A stretch of DNA of 64,000 nt from Planctomycetota bacterium (GTDB lineage Bacteria > Planctomycetota > UBA11346), in assembly GCA_038231435.1 (NCBI GenBank), contig JBBRLJ010000014.1, forward strand, positions 50,010-114,009, read 5' to 3'. Positions 62,742 through 64,000 of the stretch are shown piece by piece. Below the pieces are notes generated by a model that had not been told where the DNA came from, did no database searches, and worked only from the letters and a program-made list of their open reading frames with translations. How positions within the stretch are numbered: position 1 is the first letter of the stretch; each line of letters opens with the position of its first letter. A program made the position numbers and the translations under genes.

Positions 62742-63869
62742 TCACCATGTGTCCGTCCTGAATGGAAGAACCGGATAACCGTCTCCATCGACGAGGTTCA
62801 CCCTCGGGTTACCGGACCATGCGTAGCGGACGTGCCGCGGAACCGCTACCCCTTCGACACGCAGTTCGATGGCATCGCGGCCAGCGATAGTCGCCTCTGC
62901 GCTCCGGAACACCCCATCAGCTCCGGCGATGGCGAAGGATCTTGGCGACTCGCCATCACGAGTCTTCAGACTGGCACGCACGCCGATCACTACCACACGG
63001 ACCATATTTCCACTGAACGCGCACGACTCTATTCGTGGACTGCCCGACCGTCCACCCGACCGATAGACCTGGGCCAAGGCCCAGTCAGCGAGACGGTGGG
63101 CAGGCCGCTGCTTGTCACGCGGATGGACATCGTCTGGTTCCCCGGAGTCGACAGCGGTAGCGACTCCTGCATCTCCCACCGTATCGGCCACAAGCTGCTG
63201 GGCCTCTCGGAGGCGGGCCAGGTCGCTATCCATCGGCACCGAGCAAACAGGCCCCAGATCGGAAAGCTGCACGATGCCGAAATGGAGGTGCTCCTGACGC
63301 CACCGGGCGCGCCAATCCCGGATGAGCGCGGACAGAAGCAGGCGGTAATCGGCATGGTGGGGTACGTCCGTCTCTCCTTGGTACCAGAGTACGCCTCTCA
63401 TGGCGAATCCCGCCAAGGGGGCAATCATGCCATTGAAGATGCGTGCTGGGTGCCGCATGTCCCAGGGTGCGCCGAGTGGCCACGGAGGGCTGCCGACCAG
63501 ACGTTCACGATCCGGTTGTCGAAACGAACATGCCATCCGACTCGTCCACCCGGCTCCCAGCGACCTCCAGGAATCCGGGACCCCGACAGAGGACCAACGA
63601 ATGGTATCATCCGCGCCATAGCGGGCACCGGCGCAGAACTGCAAGACCATCCGCACCACCAGCCCATGGAGTCCCTGCCTGGCCAATCCCGACGGCAGGA
63701 TGAATGAGCATGGCTTCAACCAGTGGAAGGGATCCCGGTCAGTCTTCGTCCACACCTGGTCACCATCGAAGAAGACCTGCACCTGCCCATCAATGATTCC
63801 CAGGTCGCAACACAGATCGCTGCCCACCCAGTCAGGCGGGATATCGATCTCGCGACGGAACTGTGCCGC
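62742..63869 (-). pseudogene. C-terminal part of a sialate O-acetylesterase (SASA/SGNH), 5'-truncated by an IS
   Basis: FRREIDIP, FNGMIAPL...RGVLWYQGE, LIRDWR, GIVQL, LREAQ, DVHP.DK, FAIAGADG.F..A.A, VRYAW..NP..NL....G.P..PFRTD. The frame is cut by a TAG at the IS junction and lacks the N-terminal half. Confidence 0.75.
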
Positions 63870-63870
63870 C

Positions 63871-64000
63871 TAAGCTGAATTCGGACTTTAACTGTGAGTA
63901 TATCTCACGAGGATCCGACCATGCCTACCCCCGACTCCAAGCCCCGCCGTCACTGGACCGCCGCCGACAAGGCGAAGTTGGTCCGCCGACACTTCCGAGA
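63871..64000 (+). mobile_element. Left end of an insertion sequence, probably IS3 family
   Basis: Abrupt junction TAAGCTGAATTCGGACTTTAAC, a small hairpin gtgag-tatat-ctcac, a GAGGA RBS and a transposase-like ORF start. Confidence 0.6.
63921..64000 (+). CDS. Transposase OrfA-like N-terminus (partial)
   Basis: MPTPDSKPRRHWTAADKAKLVRRHF matches the R..[WFY]T...K...VR HTH_Tnp_1 pattern; runs off the window. Confidence 0.6.
   Translation, partial: MPTPDSKPRRHWTAADKAKLVRRHFR

Overview
High-GC bacterial chromosomal window, most likely from an uncultured PVC/Planctomycetota-like organism (an inference from gene content and motifs, not proven). In order: the 3' end of a secreted protein with a Cys-Gly/TM/basic C-terminal sorting signal; a hydrolase and a methyltransferase; the ADP-heptose genes hldD-gmhB-hldE; a GH2 beta-mannosidase; a PAS hybrid kinase; a CUT1 sugar/polyol ABC importer with two ATPases; an EF-hand protein; two paralogous secreted DUF5060/GH5-like proteins carrying a repeated uncharacterised N-terminal module; aat, a HAD phosphatase and a SpoIIE phosphatase; nrdR followed by an apparently catalytically dead double-ATP-cone NrdD-like protein; and an AraC/PhyH pair. 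The main candidate for an undescribed system is a ~16 kb minus-strand operon (32314-48389). It encodes two DUF6785-like and one OPT-like polytopic membrane proteins, two FtsX-type permeases (one a 1659-aa fusion with a degenerate M28/PA peptidase-like ectodomain), two LolD-type ATPases, a hypothetical protein and a stand-alone PqqD/RRE protein, with no RiPP maturase nearby. Downstream are dnaB (N-terminal insertion, upstream DnaA-box match), DUF1499, Lon-N, sthA, an Erm/KsgA-like methylase, a PfkB kinase, an MtlD-lyxose isomerase fusion, a NUDIX hydrolase, a mini type II PKS/FAS cluster (acyl-AMP ligase, KS-CLF-like fusion, ACP), a YhcH-family protein and tRNA-Thr(CGT). The window ends in a probable island with a sialate O-acetylesterase truncated by an IS3-like element. 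Several intergenic regions carry heptamer repeat tracts, and one carries a long palindrome. All family calls come from motif recognition, not database searches.
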